Positions 28,433-33,562 of a stretch of 33,562 nucleotides of DNA are shown in pieces. Under the pieces are notes generated by a model. That model saw nothing but the letters and a program-made list of their open reading frames with translations, did no database searches and was not told the DNA's origin. Each line of letters opens with the position of its first letter. Within the stretch, counting starts at the first letter, position 1. Both the position numbers and the translations under genes were made by a program. Origin of the DNA: Trichomonas gallinae (Eukaryota); the NCBI GenBank assembly GCA_008369845.1, contig MRSU01001471.1, positions 1 to 33,562 on the forward strand, in the 5' to 3' direction.

Positions 28433-28936
28433 TTAGAAGTAGGGAAAGAATTCTTGGAGATCAACTTCTTCATTACGGCTCCAAAATTGATCAAATATCG
28501 CCATGTCAGTCTCTGGGTGCTGCTCAAGTTCTGTATCCTGTTTCTTCTCTTGTTTAGCTTTACGCCCACGATCGCTCATTCGATTCATTGATTTCCAACG
28601 ACATTTTAGCGCGACATCTGTTCTCTTGTTAAAATATTTGGTAAACATCACCCATTTAGGCCCGAAAGACTCGTATAACTCGCGTATTAACTCATCCTCG
28701 TCACCAGTGAATGGCTCGCGGTTAACATTTGGATCAAGCCAAATCCGCCAGCGATCGCGTACTTGCCTTTCGTTCCTCTTATTCATCTTGGAAGCAATCA
28801 ATTTCCAATCACTATCACCATGCTTCACAACAAGACTCTTAAGAAGCTCGTCTTCCTCTGGGCTAAATCGCGAGCGCCGAGTGTGGAAGCCTCTATAGAC
28901 TTTTTTACGAGGTGAGAAAGCATCATCCATGTTCAT
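28433..28936 (-). CDS. R2R3 Myb-like DNA-binding protein, 167 aa
   Basis: RFSPEEDELL...WKLIA...RNERQVRDRWRIWLDP...FTGDEDELI...GPKW...RTDVALKCRW; TCACAC Inr-like motif just upstream. Confidence 0.96.
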   Translation of the reverse strand: MNMDDAFSPRKKVYRGFHTRRSRFSPEEDELLKSLVVKHGDSDWKLIASKMNKRNERQVRDRWRIWLDPNVNREPFTGDEDELIRELYESFGPKWVMFTKYFNKRTDVALKCRWKSMNRMSDRGRKAKQEKKQDTELEQHPETDMAIFDQFWSRNEEVDLQEFFPYF

Positions 28937-31257
28937 TATGTGTGAAGAGATGACAGCTTGACATTCTCAAATCCTTAAATTGAATCGTTAATTTAAATTT
29001 TTTTTTTACTTTTTATGGTTTGAATTCACCTGACAGATATCATAGTGCCAATCATATGGTGATTCCAGATACTCCCAGTGTCTTTTGTTGTCCGTCAGAT
29101 TTAGATTTTGAGAGAATCAGAATTTTTTTTTACTAAATATGTGATTTTTGAAACCGCCATATACCATTACTCAACATTATTACAGATCAAATTGGTCTGC
29201 CAGTCAGATCTGACGAAAAGAAAATTCAAATGATATAACGAACTTTAGATTTCATTGTTAATAAGAATTTGATCCGTTTTGACCATTTATATCTTCCATA
29301 AATATTATATTTATGCGAAAATTTCGTTGAACCCACTTTTTCTCAAATTTGTGATTCCAATTTGCTTACAGATATATTGTATAATCATTTCCACGCAGGA
29401 ACTGATTACTCCACAAATATTTCAATGTATTCTCAAATGCTTTTTTTCTTTAATCATTATTTTTAAAATCTCATTCCCAAATTAAACTTTATCAGCAACT
29501 GAAAGTAAATGATTCGCTCAGAAGGTATGCATTTGTAGCTAATAAAGCAATGCAACGACATAAGAATTAATATATTATCGATTAATTTTTTACAAAATTT
29601 GCAAAAAAATTAAAACTCTATATTATAGACGTAAATCATATGTCACATTCGTTTATAGCAATACTTGTTTCCAATTATTTATTTACGAGATTTCATGACA
29701 CTGAATCAGATTTGAAATTATTATATGAAAAATCTGCAAACCTCGAGTTTTCTTGAATTATTATGGAAAGTGCAACATTTCTCCATAATATTATAAAGAA
29801 AATTTTAGATAAAAATATTTCTTTTGAAATGGATTATCTTTTTTGGTGGCAGAACATTTCCGAGCGACTTTGTAATGATATTTTCCATACTGAGGCTTTT
29901 ATTCCCATATTTTTAACATGGAATAAAAAAAATTATAAAAAAAGTCAATTTGCCAGCTTTGTTTCTCAAACGTCAACTTTTTTGTGAGTGCTTTCAAATA
30001 AATTGAAGATATCTTCTTTATTTAAAACATTTATTTCTTTGTTTATTGTGCTGTTTTCTGCATTCGAAAAAATTAAATGGTTAAGTTTTCAAAAATTGAT
30101 AATGAATTCAATTTTATTGTGCCGGATGAATTTAAGGATAGATTGTTTTTATCTGTTAAACATTATTATACCTGAACTGAAACGCTTTCACGATCATTAT
30201 TTGAATAAATTTTTTAAAAAAATAAACAATAAAGTTTTTAGAAACTATAACTTTAATCATTTAATATTAAAGATCTGAGTATCTGACAATAAAAGAAAGG
30301 TTTTTACATGAGTTCACATATCATAACTCGTTTTATCCAACACTGTTCCTGGAAATAGGTGAAAGTTTTTATAGCTTGTACTATACTAGTAACTACTAAC
30401 CCAAAATCTTGCGATTCATCGTATCTAGATCGAAATTTCAAAATTTTATTTATTTCAAATACGAAAATCCAACAATTTTCTAGCAAAATATAGGACTACA
30501 CTTTTAATATGCTAATATATTGTTTCTTTTTTTATTGTAAACTACATTTTAAAAAATCTCAAGTAATTTCAAGCAACGTAACACTAATAGTTCAATTTTA
30601 TATTTATAAAATGAAAGCCATGTTAATATACTCATAACTTGCATATTCAAAAGATCCCATTTTAATGTATTTATGAATCATGATAATATTTTTATATATT
30701 TCATAGAATTTGCCTTGATTCATATACCAAAATGCTATATCATAATCATATCGATTATGGTTCCACTCTTAAATTGCTAACTTGTCAATTGAATTAAATC
30801 CAAATTTTTAAAAAAAATGTTTATATAGTTTTATAGACTGCTTTGTTTCGATGAGATATTTGTCAATAAGATCTACTGTCTTTGCAACTAGTGCTTTTTC
30901 CTTCATCTTCTGTTTGCTCAGTGCTATGACTTCAGTAGTATATATATATCGGTCTAATATCATTACCTAGTACTTTTGTCACGAATATGTTGGAATTTTT
31001 ACATTAATTTTGATGTGTTAATATTATTATTCTATTTGTTTTCCTAGCTATAATGGAAATAGCATCATTATAACTATGAAATAATATATTAGATTAAAGT
31101 TAATCAGATTAATCTAATTTCAAAAATTTCGATAAATATCAACAATAGAATAGATCTCATATATATATATAACATGCATATCTCATCGCATATAAGTTTC
31201 TGAATATTTGTGCTACTATTACATAAATGCTTATAAAGATGCAAAAAAAAAAAAATT

Positions 31258-31340
31258 ATGTCAATTCATAATTTTTACATGACATTTTTATGTAAATCTG
31301 ACAATTTGACACTTTATTTTTTGTTTTTTTGACATTTTTG
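31258..31340. promoter_or_regulatory. TGACA-motif cluster including ATCTGACAATTTGACACTTTA (31296-31316), with no adjacent intact downstream gene
   Basis: The 21-mer matches the units at 11461 and 11533 at 20/21 positions each, with further tgtca/tgaca copies around it. Confidence 0.5.
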
Positions 31341-31466
31341 TTATCTATGATATCAATTGTTAATCATAACCCAGTAGCTCAACCATGCAATTTAATGCTA
31401 CAGAGTATTGAAGAATTTATAAATTTTTCAATAAATAATTTATTTATAACATAAAACAAATAATTT

Positions 31467-33443
31467 CTAGTTCCTCACCAATCTAAGAAGACCCATGATA
31501 TTCTGGCCAATAGATTTATCGCCTTCAGTTGATATTTCGAAATCAATTGGTAATTCGAACTTCTCAAACGCTTGCAGGTATCCAGCAACTTGTGATGTAA
31601 TTTCTCCACATCTTACATGAGAACAAGGATCATAGAATTTTTCTATTGTGTCTTTGTATTGGAAGATTGTTGTGAAGTTAGATAGAAGTCTTCCTTCTTT
31701 GAAGGACTCGGCCCAGAACCTGTAGAATATTGCGTTATCGTCTGAATTTGAACTTAAGTTTCTAATTAATGTCCATGAGCTCGAAAGTAGAGCTGTTGGT
31801 CCCATTTTGTTTGCTATCTCTTTAAGAGGGTCTGTTACTTTCCTTGACAATAGATAATGGCTGAAAAATCCAACTAAATGTTTCGATAGTTCATCAATTG
31901 CTGTTGCTGCGCTTAATTTCTTCAAACTCTTGAGATAAAGAGAGTCGAAGAACCAGAAAACAATAGATTGAAGCGGGCGATGTTGGAATGTAAAAGGTGG
32001 GGGAGATGGAAATTCACCAGGATTAATTAATTCCTTTTTCATCTGTTGGAGCCTAACTAATAGATTCTCATCTCTAGCCAAGCTCGCTGGCAAATAATTA
32101 TCCTTCAATTTCTTGTTTTCCAACAAAATCTTGAAAATATCGTTATCTAACGTTGTTACGATCTTCGCTGCCTCGTTTTGCAGTGATTCGCCTGGTATCT
32201 TTGGAACTCCGAAGAAGTCTGACAAGCTTTCTCCAATAAAACAGTTATATACAATCGAGCAAACAAGAAGAAAGGCTGTTGTTGGATCAGCAGTGATGAA
32301 AGACTGTTCGAATGAGACTTCTGTATCTGGGTTATAGTTAATATCTGGGATTTCGACTTTCTGTAGTACCAAATTCGGTGCAAATCTCGTAAAATAGACT
32401 TCTGGCATCTTAAGACGCTCCATAGCAAGGCTTTGGAGTTCTTCTTCATTCAGTGGCTTCCTCTTGTGAACTACTTCCTTTCTAACTGGTTTTTCAAGAT
32501 TTGGCCTTTCATATTGAGAAACATCGATTTCATCTAGTTCAGGCTCTTTTTCTGTCTTCGGCTTTGGAAAACTACGCTTGTAATTCTGTAGTTTTGCCTG
32601 CAATTTTTCTTTTAATTCTTCAGCTTCTTGTTTGTATTTGATTGTTGGGTCTTCTTTGGGCTGCTGCTTCTGTTCTACAGATTCTTCTTTAGGAGGTTGC
32701 GGTTGTTGTACTTGTTGCTGCTCTATTTGAAGAGATATTTTTGGTTTTGTAACTTCTGCTTGTTTTAGGTTCTGCTTGAGGCTATCAGCAGCTTCCTTCT
32801 GCTTATTCATGTAGATATGCTTAATTGCGACAAAGGCAAGATACCAAACTTTGACATCTTCCAAGCTTTCGAATCCGATCTTGAATTGCGAGGTATTATC
32901 AGACTCTTTGATAATAATGTATGGCCTTTCGCCGAATTTGCTTAAATAAAATTGCGATTTTTGAGAAATTTGATAAACTTTCGAAACATTGTTTCCGCCG
33001 AATTGTGTATAAGAAATTTGGTTGCCTGAGAGTGAAACCGTGCAATGCATTCCCATATCTGATTCTTCGTAAACAATTAAAGAATCTGAAACTTCAATTT
33101 TTGCATCTGTTATAATTTTGATCATTTCATCGAGCAAAAGTCTTGTATTAACCGTAAAATTAAGCCATAGCATAATTACGTGCTCATCTTGCGCTGATAA
33201 TTTAAAAGGCTGATGATTTGTGCCAGCAGGAGAAAAAACAAGAGAGTTTTTCTCTCCTTTATTCTTGGTGATTGCAGGCACGAAGTCTGGGAGAAAAACA
33301 ACTTGTTTATTTTTATTCATTGTCATTTCAAGGAAAACGAATTGAATTGCGCACTTGCATGGAGCTGGCTTTGAGCCGTTGCTGCTGTATTCGAAATCGG
33401 CTGCGCTGTTTGTTTGAGAAAGAAACTCTTTAATAGTTTTCAT
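31467..33443 (-). CDS. PH-like domain(s), charged coiled linker and RUN-domain protein, 658 aa
   Basis: FKLSAQDEHVIMLW and FKIGFESLEDVKVWYLAF resemble PH C-terminal strand-helix motifs. FYRFWAESFKEGRL...IEKFYDPCSHVR...YLQAFEKFELPI matches the RUN consensus pattern. Confidence 0.7.
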   Translation of the reverse strand: MKTIKEFLSQTNSAADFEYSSNGSKPAPCKCAIQFVFLEMTMNKNKQVVFLPDFVPAITKNKGEKNSLVFSPAGTNHQPFKLSAQDEHVIMLWLNFTVNTRLLLDEMIKIITDAKIEVSDSLIVYEESDMGMHCTVSLSGNQISYTQFGGNNVSKVYQISQKSQFYLSKFGERPYIIIKESDNTSQFKIGFESLEDVKVWYLAFVAIKHIYMNKQKEAADSLKQNLKQAEVTKPKISLQIEQQQVQQPQPPKEESVEQKQQPKEDPTIKYKQEAEELKEKLQAKLQNYKRSFPKPKTEKEPELDEIDVSQYERPNLEKPVRKEVVHKRKPLNEEELQSLAMERLKMPEVYFTRFAPNLVLQKVEIPDINYNPDTEVSFEQSFITADPTTAFLLVCSIVYNCFIGESLSDFFGVPKIPGESLQNEAAKIVTTLDNDIFKILLENKKLKDNYLPASLARDENLLVRLQQMKKELINPGEFPSPPPFTFQHRPLQSIVFWFFDSLYLKSLKKLSAATAIDELSKHLVGFFSHYLLSRKVTDPLKEIANKMGPTALLSSSWTLIRNLSSNSDDNAIFYRFWAESFKEGRLLSNFTTIFQYKDTIEKFYDPCSHVRCGEITSQVAGYLQAFEKFELPIDFEISTEGDKSIGQNIMGLLRLVRN

Positions 33444-33562
33444 TAGAATTTATTTTTTTTTTTTTTTTTGTTGGATTTTTTATAATTCTTATCAAATTTT
33501 AAATATCCTATTTTGAGAGATACGCACAATTTTATGTATTATGACACATAATTATTTGTGAA

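Noticed and set aside
29279..30486. Short AT-rich ORFs (also 6413-6610, 24858-25058, 27795-27989, 28229-28414)
   Set aside because: F/I/L/K/N-dominated translations expected by chance in very AT-rich DNA; several lack an ATG.
607..33443. Reading the window as a co-functional gene cluster, or as using a non-standard genetic code
   Set aside because: Functions are heterogeneous and orientations mixed. TAA, TAG and TGA all terminate intact genes, so internal stops in remnants reflect decay.

Overview
AT-rich, gene-dense eukaryotic DNA, most likely from a trichomonad parabasalid (Trichomonas vaginalis or a close relative). This is inferred from intronless genes with short spacing, TCA(T/C)(T/A) initiator-like and AAAGTGAC-like upstream motifs, short R2R3 Myb genes, a DUF3447-type ankyrin gene and a half-size ABCA gene. 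I call 17 protein-coding genes (13 minus, 4 plus): a divergent CRM1/exportin-like karyopherin, a small putative DNA-binding protein, two related beta-helix-like proteins, an ankyrin protein, a Nup88/Nup82-like nucleoporin, a Bet1-like Qc-SNARE, two Myb factors, PRMT5, a Tudor protein resembling LIN-9/ALWAYS EARLY, an ABCA half-transporter with all catalytic motifs degenerate, a PH-like/RUN protein and four unassigned hypotheticals. Intergenic DNA holds one clear decayed ankyrin pseudogene, weaker coding remnants, and recurrent TGACA/AAAGTG(A/T)C arrays. I found no rRNA, tRNA, CRISPR array, recognisable transposon or canonical trichomonad intron, and no multi-gene novel system I can support. 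The best leads are the LIN-9/ALY-like gene, the pseudo-ATPase ABCA, the miniature Nup88, a candidate transcription-factor family and the promoter motif architecture. All family calls come from reading motifs by eye; no searches were run.
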